NCBI GenBank assembly: GCA_040399625.1
Contig: JBBARV010000003.1
Span: forward strand, 11,907 to 75,906
DNA: 64,000 bases
DNA from: Candidatus Nanopelagicales bacterium
Lineage (GTDB): Bacteria; Actinomycetota; Actinomycetes; S36-B12
Reading direction: 5' to 3'
The position numbers were made by a program, and so were the translations under genes. The notes beneath the pieces were generated by a model. The model was not told the DNA's origin and searched no databases. It worked only from the letters and a program-made list of their open reading frames with translations. Below are positions 19,415 through 27,099 of this stretch, in pieces. The stretch's first letter is position 1; every line of letters begins with the position of its first letter.

Positions 19415-21055
19415 ATGTCTAAGCGAACATTGATCACCAACGCAGCGATTTATGCACCCAGTGTGCCCTTTGCCACGGCCATGCTGATTGACGGTCAGGA
19501 AATTGCTTGGATCGGGGATCACAGTGGCGCGGAGGTCCACCGGGAACTTGCCGACACGGTTATACACGCGGATGGACACTTTCTTGCGCCGGGTTTTGTT
19601 GATGCACACGTTCACGCTACAAGTACCGGAATCATGCTCAACGGTCTCGACCTCACCCAAGTGATGAACAAAACTCAGTTACTTGATTTGCTCAGTGATT
19701 ACGCGAAGATGCTAGGTGGCGCAACGGTTCTGGGCCACGGATGGGATGAAACCAATTGGGATAACCCAGACCTACCCACGCGTGAAGAAATTGATCGAGC
19801 TACCTGGGGGAGTGTCGTTTACTTAAGTCGGGTTGACGTCCATTCAGCGATAGTCTCGAACTCACTCATTGCGCATTTGCCAGAGTGCAGAGGAATGACA
19901 GGATTCAGCGACGGACCGGTCACCCAACTCGCCCATGGAGCCATCCGGACTTTTGCACTGGATTCAATTTCGGTCGGTCAACGAGGCAAGGCCCAAGAAA
20001 CCTTTTTGACCAATGCTCTCTCACAAGGAATTGTCAGCGTCCATGAAATGGCCGGTCCGAACATCAGCTCTCACCAAGACGCACGTTCACTCAAGGAACT
20101 GGCATCACTAGCGGGAATGCCACATCTTGCCATTTACTGGGGTGAACTTTTCAGTGAACAGACCCAAGAAATTGTTTCGGATCTAGAAGCGATTGGTGCT
20201 GGTGGTGATTTGTTTATCGATGGAGCGATTGGTTCGCGAACCGCGTTCCTACATGATCCATATGCGGATAGCCACGACACTCGCGGTGCAAATTACTTGA
20301 GCATTGAGCAAGTTGCCGAGCATCTGGTTGCCTGTACCCAAGCAGGTATTCAAGGTGGATTCCACGTGATCGGTGATCGTGCGTGTGAAATCGCGATCCA
20401 AGGGGCAAGTTTGGCAGCATCGACAACCTCGGAGTCAGATTTTAGGCGGCTGCGACACCGTCTTGAGCATGCTGAGATGCTCGCGGAAGGGGACATTGCC
20501 ATCATGCGCAATCTCAGTATGAGCGCCAGTATGCAGCCATTATTTGATGCGTGGTGGGGAAAACCGGGCGGCATGTACGAGTCTCGTTTAGGAAAACGGT
20601 CACAAAAAATGAACCGTTGGGGCAGCTTGCAAGCCGCGGGTGCAGCCGTGTGTTTCTCCTCCGATTCACCCGTTACACCGAACACGCCGTGGGAGGCGGT
20701 CCATGCCGCAATGCATCACCACAATGTAAACGAGCGGATTAGTGGAAGGGCAGCTTTTGCGGCCCACACCCGAGGTGGGTGGCGCGCGCTAGGTCCGCAA
20801 TTCGATTCCGAGGGTGTTATTGAAGTCGGGGCGACAGCCAACTTGGCTACTTGGCGCGTTGAGGATTATCAAGTGAGTGTTCCCGATTCTCGAGTGACCC
20901 AGTGGAGTACTGATCCGCGCTCCGCCACCGTTCCGTTACCTTATTTGGGTGACGCAGGATCTCCAATAACACCTACTAATGTCTGCACAATCGTTAAAGG
21001 TGATATTGCCTACCTCGAGGATAGTTTTTCCGACCGAGTAACTAATAATGCCTAG
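19415..21055 (+). CDS. amidohydrolase-family protein (YtcJ-like metal-dependent hydrolase)
   Basis: 546 aa with PGFVDAHVHA (the HxH metal site) and later HAEM / FSSDSP segments. Substrate unknown. Confidence 0.75.
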   Translation: MSKRTLITNAAIYAPSVPFATAMLIDGQEIAWIGDHSGAEVHRELADTVIHADGHFLAPGFVDAHVHATSTGIMLNGLDLTQVMNKTQLLDLLSDYAKMLGGATVLGHGWDETNWDNPDLPTREEIDRATWGSVVYLSRVDVHSAIVSNSLIAHLPECRGMTGFSDGPVTQLAHGAIRTFALDSISVGQRGKAQETFLTNALSQGIVSVHEMAGPNISSHQDARSLKELASLAGMPHLAIYWGELFSEQTQEIVSDLEAIGAGGDLFIDGAIGSRTAFLHDPYADSHDTRGANYLSIEQVAEHLVACTQAGIQGGFHVIGDRACEIAIQGASLAASTTSESDFRRLRHRLEHAEMLAEGDIAIMRNLSMSASMQPLFDAWWGKPGGMYESRLGKRSQKMNRWGSLQAAGAAVCFSSDSPVTPNTPWEAVHAAMHHHNVNERISGRAAFAAHTRGGWRALGPQFDSEGVIEVGATANLATWRVEDYQVSVPDSRVTQWSTDPRSATVPLPYLGDAGSPITPTNVCTIVKGDIAYLEDSFSDRVTNNA

Positions 21056-22586
21056 TGCATTTGTCACTCTGGTGGTGCGCATCGCCGCAACAGCGCTGGC
21101 CGGTTGGTTCCTCTCAATGGCCTATCCCTTCGCCAGCCAGTGGTGGTTGGCTCCCGTCTCAATTGCGATTTTCACAGGAGCGGCGTGGAACACGAAGAAG
21201 AAAACAGCCGCAGTCATCGGTTTTATTTTTGGCCTTGTGTCATTTCGTGTGCAACACGATTGGCTGGTCGTGGTTGGAGCAGACGCAACTTGGATTCTCT
21301 CGATCTATCTCGCCCTATGGATTGCCATTATCGGTATTTTGGTCTCAATCCTGTCCCGAGCCATCTCAAGGCGATCAATTCCTTGGCCGGTAGGACTGAT
21401 TGCACTGGGTTCGATCTGGGTTCTTGAAGAATTCTTAAGAGGGCGTTTCCCATTTGGTGGTTACCCGTGGGCGAGGCTGGCTTTCAGTCAAGCTGATTCG
21501 CCGTTGGCTTTCTGGGCCCGACTTGGTGGTATTCCTTGGCTTAGTTTTATGGTCGCATTCATTGCAATTGCCTTCGTTGGAATTATCTTCATATCCTCGA
21601 TGCGTGCGAAACTTATTCTAAGTTTGATTATCGTTGTTTCGTTCATTATTCCCATCACCCTCAGCAACACGAGTAGCGAAACAACCGAATCAACTATTGC
21701 TATCGGCGTTGTACAAGGGGGAACACCGCAAACAGGCATGGGCGCAATGGATGTTCGCCGAGCTGTCCTGGAAAACCATGTCAGGGAAACCATGAACCTT
21801 GCCGCAAAAGTCAAGAGTGGGGAAGTGCCTCAACCATCGATAGTTATTTGGCCAGAGAACTCCTCAGACCTCGATCCGTTCACCGAACCTGACGCCGCAG
21901 CACTGATTGATACGGCAGCAAAAGCAATTGGTGTTCCAATTCTGGTGGGTGCGGTCGTCAACTCGGCCACGGATCCAGAGAACGAGGTGTACAACATGGG
22001 GATCCTGTGGGATCCTGAAAAGGGACCGGGCGATACGTACATAAAAAATGCCCCCGTTCCTTTCGGGGAGTTCATTCCCTTCCGTAGCATTTTGACCCAG
22101 TTCATTTCGCGTTATGACCGAGTAACACGGGATTTTGCCCATGGGACCGAGCCGGGAATCTTCGCAGTTGACGGTCTTATACTTGGTGATCTGATTTGTT
22201 TCGAAGTCGCCGTTGACCCGGTTGTGAATCGAGTCGTGAGCGAGGGTGCGCAAATCCTTGTCGTACAAACGAATAATGCAACCTACTCTGGGACTGCACT
22301 ACCGGAACAGCAGCTTCATATTGAGCGGCTTCGCGCTATTGAATACGATCGCACGGTAATAGTGGCAGCCACCACAGGTATCAGTGCGCAGATTTTCCCA
22401 GATGGCAGTGTTGGACAAACCCTGCCCGATGGCGCCACTGGGTTTTTTGTCGTTGATGTTTCGCCACACTCGAATCTGACGCTAGCCGCACGGTTTGGTC
22501 CCTTTATTGAATTGTTGTTATGTCTTTTTGCAATAGGAACCCTCGTGCTAATCCCGATTCTCCGGCGCCGAAGGTTCACAAGTTAA
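21048..22586 (+). CDS. lnt: apolipoprotein N-acyltransferase
   Basis: 512 aa with an N-terminal polytopic membrane domain and a C-terminal CN-hydrolase domain (VIWPENS, LICFEVA catalytic Cys). 8-nt overlap with the upstream gene. Confidence 0.88.
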   Translation: MPSAFVTLVVRIAATALAGWFLSMAYPFASQWWLAPVSIAIFTGAAWNTKKKTAAVIGFIFGLVSFRVQHDWLVVVGADATWILSIYLALWIAIIGILVSILSRAISRRSIPWPVGLIALGSIWVLEEFLRGRFPFGGYPWARLAFSQADSPLAFWARLGGIPWLSFMVAFIAIAFVGIIFISSMRAKLILSLIIVVSFIIPITLSNTSSETTESTIAIGVVQGGTPQTGMGAMDVRRAVLENHVRETMNLAAKVKSGEVPQPSIVIWPENSSDLDPFTEPDAAALIDTAAKAIGVPILVGAVVNSATDPENEVYNMGILWDPEKGPGDTYIKNAPVPFGEFIPFRSILTQFISRYDRVTRDFAHGTEPGIFAVDGLILGDLICFEVAVDPVVNRVVSEGAQILVVQTNNATYSGTALPEQQLHIERLRAIEYDRTVIVAATTGISAQIFPDGSVGQTLPDGATGFFVVDVSPHSNLTLAARFGPFIELLLCLFAIGTLVLIPILRRRRFTS

Positions 22587-22595
22587 GGTAACCCA

Positions 22596-23381
22596 GTGAG
22601 CGCCATTTCCAAATCTGTTGATCCCAAACTGGGGCGAATTTTGGTCATAATCCCGACGTACAACGAGTTGGAAGCCCTTCCCATGATTTTGGCGCGAGTG
22701 CAAAGAAATGTGCCGTCGGCCGAGATTCTCATTGTGGACGACAACTCACCCGACGGCACTGGTCGGATCGCCGATCAGTGGGTTGAGGCGCACACTGGTA
22801 TCCATGTACTTCATCGCGTTGGCAAGTCCGGATTAGGCACCGCCTACTTGGCAGGTTTCTCCTGGGGATTGCAGCAAGGGTATGACGTAATTGTCGAAAT
22901 GGATGCTGACGGTTCACACCAGCCCGAACAACTACCCGACCTGCTCGCTGCCTTGGAATATTCGGATCTCGTGCTTGGGTCCCGTTGGGTTGAGGGTGGC
23001 GGAACGCAAAACTGGTCAAAGAACCGAGAAATTCTCTCAAAAGGCGGCAATTACTATACGAAAAAAATGCTGGGAATTGATATCAGCGATGCAACTGGCG
23101 GCTATCGAGCGTTCAAGGCCAGCACACTGCGCTCCCTTGATCTACACGAAGTCGCCTCTGCAGGATATTGCTTTCAGGTCGATCTCGCGTGGCGGGCCAA
23201 GCAGCGGGGATTCATAGTGACCGAAGTCCCCATCATGTTTGTGGAGCGTGAAGTTGGGACGAGCAAAATGAGTCGCAAAATAGTGACCGAGGCGCTTTGG
23301 AAAGTGACGGTCTGGGGAGTCGATCGTCGAATCAAGATTCTAAAAAACACGTTAATAAAAAACGGTGGGGTGAAACAGTGA
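22596..23381 (+). CDS. ppm1: polyprenol-phosphate mannosyltransferase (GT2)
   Basis: 261 aa with VIIPTYNE, VDDNSPDGT and EMDADGSH. It lies next to lnt, as in Rv2051c (which is fused in M. tuberculosis). Confidence 0.88.
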   Translation: MSAISKSVDPKLGRILVIIPTYNELEALPMILARVQRNVPSAEILIVDDNSPDGTGRIADQWVEAHTGIHVLHRVGKSGLGTAYLAGFSWGLQQGYDVIVEMDADGSHQPEQLPDLLAALEYSDLVLGSRWVEGGGTQNWSKNREILSKGGNYYTKKMLGIDISDATGGYRAFKASTLRSLDLHEVASAGYCFQVDLAWRAKQRGFIVTEVPIMFVEREVGTSKMSRKIVTEALWKVTVWGVDRRIKILKNTLIKNGGVKQ

Positions 23382-23884
23382 AGCTACGTTCGCGGCTTGT
23401 AATCTTTGGCTACCCACTCATTGAAATCTTGTTGTTTTGGTGGGTTGCAAGTTTGACCGGGTGGGGGATTGCGATCCTGCTTATCATCGCGGGGTTCCCC
23501 GCGGGAGCCGCCTTAATGCGTAATGCTGCAGCCAAAGCTTCTGTCGTTTCAGCAACTCCTGATGCGGAGAAACCAAAAGTTGCCCGATCCGCAGCATTAA
23601 TGTTTGTATCGGGCGTTCTCGTTCTGTTGCCTGGTTTCGCGACCGATGTACTTGGCATTATCTTCTTGATCCCACCGATTGGAAATCGAATAGTGCAGGC
23701 ATTCAGCTCGATAATTGGTGCCCGTATGGTCCGCATGCCGGGTTACGGCAATGCTGGTTTTACGGGGAGTCAATTCGCATCCTACGTTGACGGTGAAGTG
23801 ATCCGCGGCGTTGTAATTAGCGAAGACGATCCGGATGAACATGAAAACGGAGGCCCCTTCGGGCCTCCGCAAATCACAACCTAG
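23378..23884 (+). CDS. fxsA: FxsA-family membrane protein
   Basis: The ORF opens at 23297. GTG 23378 forms a GTGA overlap with the ppm1 stop and gives VKLRSRLVIFGYPLIEILLFWWV, the typical FxsA N-terminus, followed by LLPGFATDVLGIIFLIPP. Confidence 0.8.
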   Translation: MKLRSRLVIFGYPLIEILLFWWVASLTGWGIAILLIIAGFPAGAALMRNAAAKASVVSATPDAEKPKVARSAALMFVSGVLVLLPGFATDVLGIIFLIPPIGNRIVQAFSSIIGARMVRMPGYGNAGFTGSQFASYVDGEVIRGVVISEDDPDEHENGGPFGPPQITT

Positions 23885-23910
23885 TTTCGGAAATTCGAAT
23901 ACTTTTATTG

Positions 23911-24258
23911 CTACGCTGATTTAGCGAAAGCTCCTTCGTGGAGCAGTGCGACTCGTTCCTCATAAAGCGCTTTTAGCTCCTTAAGGCTACGGCGTTCGAG
24001 CAACATGTCCCAGTGCGTGCGAACCGGACGATCGGGCACCTTGGGTTCCACCACAAAATTTGGTCGGACCGCGACGCTGCCGCAGCGGCAATCCCATTCA
24101 ATCGGGATTTCTTCCGCTTCGGTGGAAATGGGAATGAGGGAAACATGCCCGGTTGGGCAAACGTACTTAACGGTGACTCTTTCCGCGGGAGGGACCAAGC
24201 CATCGCGTTCTAAACTCAATGCTCCAAGACGTGTTCCTCGCATAGAGGTTTCAATCAT
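23911..24258 (-). CDS. rbpA: RNA polymerase-binding protein RbpA (syntenic copy)
   Basis: SMRGTRLGA..., CPTGH...WDCRCG and the sigma-interaction motif RTHWDMLLERRS. It lies next to fxsA/ppm1/lnt, like Rv2050. ATG 24258 is preferred over the ORF start 24282 because GGAAAGGGG lies 6 nt upstream. Confidence 0.88.
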   Translation of the reverse strand: MIETSMRGTRLGALSLERDGLVPPAERVTVKYVCPTGHVSLIPISTEAEEIPIEWDCRCGSVAVRPNFVVEPKVPDRPVRTHWDMLLERRSLKELKALYEERVALLHEGAFAKSA

Positions 24259-24275
24259 GTCGTGCCCCTTTCCTG

Positions 24276-24306
24276 CCTGCACGAGCCAAATATTGGTTCG
24301 TGCAGG
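24276..24306 (-). other. 9-bp-stem hairpin in the rbpA leader
   Basis: CCTGCACGA (24276..24284) and TCGTGCAGG (24298..24306) are perfect reverse complements separated by a 13-nt loop. There is no U-tract on either strand, so this is not a classical terminator. Confidence 0.5.
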
Positions 24307-24309
24307 TCA

Positions 24310-24335
24310 GACGGGGGAGATTCGGGGTTGGTTCC
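24310..24335 (-). promoter_or_regulatory. candidate SigR/SigH-type (ECF) promoter upstream of rbpA: GGAAC-N18-GTC
   Basis: Minus strand reads GGAAC caaccccgaatctccccc GTC. This resembles the GGAAT-N18-GTT consensus of the thiol-stress ECF sigma factors. Confidence 0.35.
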
Positions 24336-24359
24336 GTAAAAAATAGAATTCCTGTCGCG

Positions 24360-24617
24360 CTACCGAAGTAGTAGGGCAAATATGACAATTGTGACACCAA
24401 TCACAGCACCGATCGCAATCCATGGGGCACTTCTCCGCACTCGACCGTATTTTGGCTTGCCCACGCCATCAGAAATCTCACCTTGGCGCTTTAGTCGCTC
24501 ATTACCTCGAGCAATTCGCGACGCTTGAGCCATCCGTTCCTCTGCACTTGCCTCTTTGGGGCCTTTTTTCAGGAACTCGGGATCCAGCAACTCATTGAAG
24601 TCGGGGGAATCGCTCAT
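24360..24617 (-). CDS. small tail-anchored membrane protein, function unknown
   Basis: 85 aa with a charged N-terminal region and a single C-terminal TM helix (WIAIGAVIGVTIVIFALLL). No family recognised. Confidence 0.55.
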   Translation of the reverse strand: MSDSPDFNELLDPEFLKKGPKEASAEERMAQASRIARGNERLKRQGEISDGVGKPKYGRVRRSAPWIAIGAVIGVTIVIFALLLR

Positions 24618-24623
24618 CTATAA

Positions 24624-24629
24624 ATATTA
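24624..24629 (-). promoter_or_regulatory. -10-like TAATAT, 6 nt before ATG 24617 (small membrane protein); leaderless-type layout
   Basis: Minus strand TAATAT-ttatag-ATG. Confidence 0.4.
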
Positions 24630-24642
24630 ACTCAACGACGGC

Positions 24643-24648
24643 TAGGCT
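24643..24648 (+). promoter_or_regulatory. -10-like TAGGCT, 6 nt before ATG 24655 (TMEM175-like); leaderless-type layout
   Basis: TAGGCT-ttggca-ATG, 13 bp from the opposite-strand TAATAT. Confidence 0.45.
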
Positions 24649-24654
24649 TTGGCA

Positions 24655-25314
24655 ATGCCAACGCAAACGTTTCGAAGTGGTCGGGCATTTGACCGCTTAA
24701 TCAACTTCTCTGACGCGGTGGTCGCGGTTGCTGTAACTGTCCTGGTGCTTCCCATCGCAGACATAACCCTCTCCCGTGGGGAGGGGACTGTCTGGGATGT
24801 CCTTGGAGATCACGCTGGAGAAATAATTACGTTCTTTTTCACGTTCTTTGTAGTGTCGATCATGTGGCTTACCCACAATCGATTTATGAATCAATTGCGC
24901 GGGTACGACGGAGTTATTTTTTGGCTGAATACAGCTTGGCTCTCAATCATTGCCTTCCTGCCCGTCACAAGCGCCCTTTACTCGGATTCGGGACAAGACG
25001 GTACTGGCGGGTGGTTCTCCGGCACGATATTGGTCGGTTCGGGAATGCTGTATTGGGGTTCACTATCCCTCATAAGTTTCATCATCACACTGATGTCACT
25101 GCGTGCCCGCAGAAACACCCACTTGTACGACCCGGATCAGGTCATTCCACAAGGCTGGAAGAACATTTCGCGCGGTTGGATTTTTGCCACATATTTTCTT
25201 TTGATTGGCGTAGTTTCACTTTTCTCTGCGGGAGTAGCTTCGTATTTGCCATTGGGCTTAATCGTGCTTCCATTTTTGTTAAAGCGCGAAGAGTACAGCG
25301 ATGACATTGACTAG
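24655..25314 (+). CDS. TMEM175 (DUF1211) family potassium channel-like protein
   Basis: TM1 carries the family signature R-x3-FSD (FDRLINFSDAVVAVAVTVLVL), and the protein has about 6 TM helices. The ORF track starts at TTG 24649; ATG 24655 fits a TAGGCT-N6-ATG leaderless layout. Confidence 0.75.
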   Translation: MPTQTFRSGRAFDRLINFSDAVVAVAVTVLVLPIADITLSRGEGTVWDVLGDHAGEIITFFFTFFVVSIMWLTHNRFMNQLRGYDGVIFWLNTAWLSIIAFLPVTSALYSDSGQDGTGGWFSGTILVGSGMLYWGSLSLISFIITLMSLRARRNTHLYDPDQVIPQGWKNISRGWIFATYFLLIGVVSLFSAGVASYLPLGLIVLPFLLKREEYSDDID

Positions 25315-25382
25315 TTCAGTAAATTCTCTCCAAAAAAATGGGGATAGTTTGCGTTGTTTCGGTAGTTATGGATAATAAGATC

Positions 25383-25952
25383 ATGAAATCTATGAGTCGC
25401 ACGCTGACCGCGATAGCCGTTTTCGGATTGCTCCTAACGGGGTGTTCCTCCAATAACTCGATGGATATGGGGGATAGCTCAAATTCGACTATGGGAGATC
25501 AATCGTCAGCGGAGATGGCTGACATCGCCTTTGCACAAATGATGATTCCACACCATGAGCAAGCGATTGTTATGTCGGAGTTTGCACTGACCAATACGGA
25601 TAACGTACAGGTTTTGGCACTGGCTCAAGAAATTATCGATGCCCAAGGACCTGAGATTGAGCAGATGAATGCTATCCTGGACAGGTTCGGCGCCAATATG
25701 GGTGGACACGGTGGACATACCATGGCTGGGATGTTGACCGACGAAGAACTTGGAGCGCTTCAAGCAGCGCAGGGTCCAGAGTTTGATCAATTGTTTTTAA
25801 TGGGAATGATTGCCCACCATGAAGGTGCGATTGCGATGGCCAACGACGTCCTTGCGTCCGGCTCCGATCCAGACGTGCGGGCACTTGCGGAGGCTGTTGT
25901 TGCAGCACAGCAGTCCGAGATTGAAGTGATGCAGAAATTACTCGCCGGCTAG
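25383..25952 (+). CDS. DUF305-family four-helix-bundle lipoprotein, Met/His-rich
   Basis: The ORF opens at 25338. The likely start MKSMSRTL... gives a signal peptide with lipobox LLTGC. The DUF305 motif is duplicated (MIPHHEQAI and MIAHHEGAI). Met/His-rich stretches are SMDMGDSSNSTMGD and NMGGHGGHTMAGM. Confidence 0.8.
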   Translation: MKSMSRTLTAIAVFGLLLTGCSSNNSMDMGDSSNSTMGDQSSAEMADIAFAQMMIPHHEQAIVMSEFALTNTDNVQVLALAQEIIDAQGPEIEQMNAILDRFGANMGGHGGHTMAGMLTDEELGALQAAQGPEFDQLFLMGMIAHHEGAIAMANDVLASGSDPDVRALAEAVVAAQQSEIEVMQKLLAG

Positions 25953-25981
25953 TTCTGACCGTTCCCTGAAAGGAGTGAGCC

Positions 25982-26932
25982 ATGGTGGCCATTAAATGCG
26001 GCACAACACCCAACAGACGTTTGCGGGTCCTTCTTTCCCTGAGTGCAACTATCGCATTCCTTGGGGGTTGTTCTGCGGGTGGGGCAAGCACCGAGGCAAG
26101 CACCGAGGCAAGCACCGAGGCAAGCACCGAGGCAAGCACCGAGGCAAGCACTGGGGCAGTGGTCGCGACCACGCAGATTGCAAGCGCCCCCGACTGGGGA
26201 CACGTGCACAACCTTTCGCTGGTCGGTGATGTGGTCTACATGGGCACACATGATGGTTTTTGGAAGCAGGAAACCGGCCAAGAACCAGTTTTGGTGTCCC
26301 AGCCAGCATTTGATGTGATGGGTCTTGCCGGGTCCAGCGACAGGTGGTTGGCTTCCGGTCACCCTGGTCCTGAAATGGACGGGCCTTCTAGCCTGGGACT
26401 GATCGAATCAGTGGATGGCGGCGTGACGTGGCAGTCTGTGTCATTATCCGGTGAGGTCGACTTTCATCGGGCTGAGGCCGTCAAGGGCTTTGTGCTCGGA
26501 CTGGCAGCACACTCCGGTGCGTTGCTGCGATCAACGGATAGTGGGGGCACCTGGGATGACCTTGGATCCCCACCAATTTTTGATTTTTCCATTAATCCCA
26601 CAGATCCAAATCTAGTTTTCGCGACCTCAGAGAGTGGCACCCTGCAAAGCGAAGATGGTGGGGAAACGTTCACTCCAATTTCGACCCCGGAAATTCTTGC
26701 CTTTTTATCCTGGGGAGAACAAGGACTTTACGCTGCTTCAACGCAAGGACAAATACTCTTCTCAGGTGATAACGGTGTGAGTTGGGAGACTCGTGGATCC
26801 TTGGGTGCAGCGCCAGGAGCCCTTGCAACCGATGGTGGCAACGTTGTGGCCATCGTTGAAGAGTCAATCTGGTTCTCAATCGATGGTGGTCTGACATTCG
26901 TTAAAAGGATCGCAGGTTCAGGCCAACACTAA
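25982..26932 (+). CDS. Asp-box (BNR) beta-propeller lipoprotein with (ASTE)n linker
   Basis: Lipobox FLGGC, then GASTEASTEASTEASTEASTEASTGA. Five Asp-box-like motifs are present: SVDGGVTWQS, STDSGGTWDD, SEDGGETFTP, SGDNGVSWET and SIDGGLTFVK. AAAGGAG SD upstream. Confidence 0.75.
   Translation: MVAIKCGTTPNRRLRVLLSLSATIAFLGGCSAGGASTEASTEASTEASTEASTEASTGAVVATTQIASAPDWGHVHNLSLVGDVVYMGTHDGFWKQETGQEPVLVSQPAFDVMGLAGSSDRWLASGHPGPEMDGPSSLGLIESVDGGVTWQSVSLSGEVDFHRAEAVKGFVLGLAAHSGALLRSTDSGGTWDDLGSPPIFDFSINPTDPNLVFATSESGTLQSEDGGETFTPISTPEILAFLSWGEQGLYAASTQGQILFSGDNGVSWETRGSLGAAPGALATDGGNVVAIVEESIWFSIDGGLTFVKRIAGSGQH
26084..26151 (+). repeat. 12-bp in-frame tandem repeat gcaagcaccgag x5 plus a partial unit, encoding (ASTE)5AST
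   Basis: Read directly: five perfect units at 26084..26143, then gcaagcac. In frame with ORF 25982..26932, just after the lipobox cysteine. Confidence 0.95.
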
Positions 26933-26954
26933 TGTGGACTTCGGAAAACAACCG

Positions 26955-26968
26955 ATAATGTACATTAT
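26955..26968. promoter_or_regulatory. perfect 14-bp palindrome ATAATGTACATTAT (candidate operator)
   Basis: Self-complementary when read directly. It lies 23 bp after the propeller-lipoprotein stop and about 130 bp before the UPF0303 ATG. Confidence 0.35.
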
Positions 26969-27099
26969 GTCAAATTTATCGAAGGGATTCCACCGGTGTG
27001 ACGCGGGCTACGTCTCGTCGCAGCGATACCCTTCGGTTTGACTCATGCGGTCCTTCGGGGTAATTGCCCCACCACAATGCGGATTCACCTGGGAGCGAG

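Noticed and set aside
26084-26151. Could the short perfect repeats be a CRISPR array?
   Set aside because: The units are 12 bp, directly abutting with no spacers, and in frame within a CDS. No cas genes are present. The same reasoning applies to the 9-bp repeat at 50002..50046.
25672-26362. Long minus-strand and alternative-frame ORFs with LASVLASV..., ACLGACLG..., PRQAPRQA... and GKHRGKHR... repeats
   Set aside because: All are alternative readings of the 12-bp tandem repeat and the flanking GC-rich sequence inside the DUF305 and propeller lipoprotein genes. The + frame encoding lipobox, ASTE linker and Asp-boxes is the coherent one.
26959-27042. 27-codon ORF (MYIMSNLSKGFHRCDAGYVSSQRYPSV) starting inside the 14-bp palindrome
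   Set aside because: No SD or leaderless-type -10 is present at the right distance, and there are no recognisable peptide features. Evidence is insufficient.
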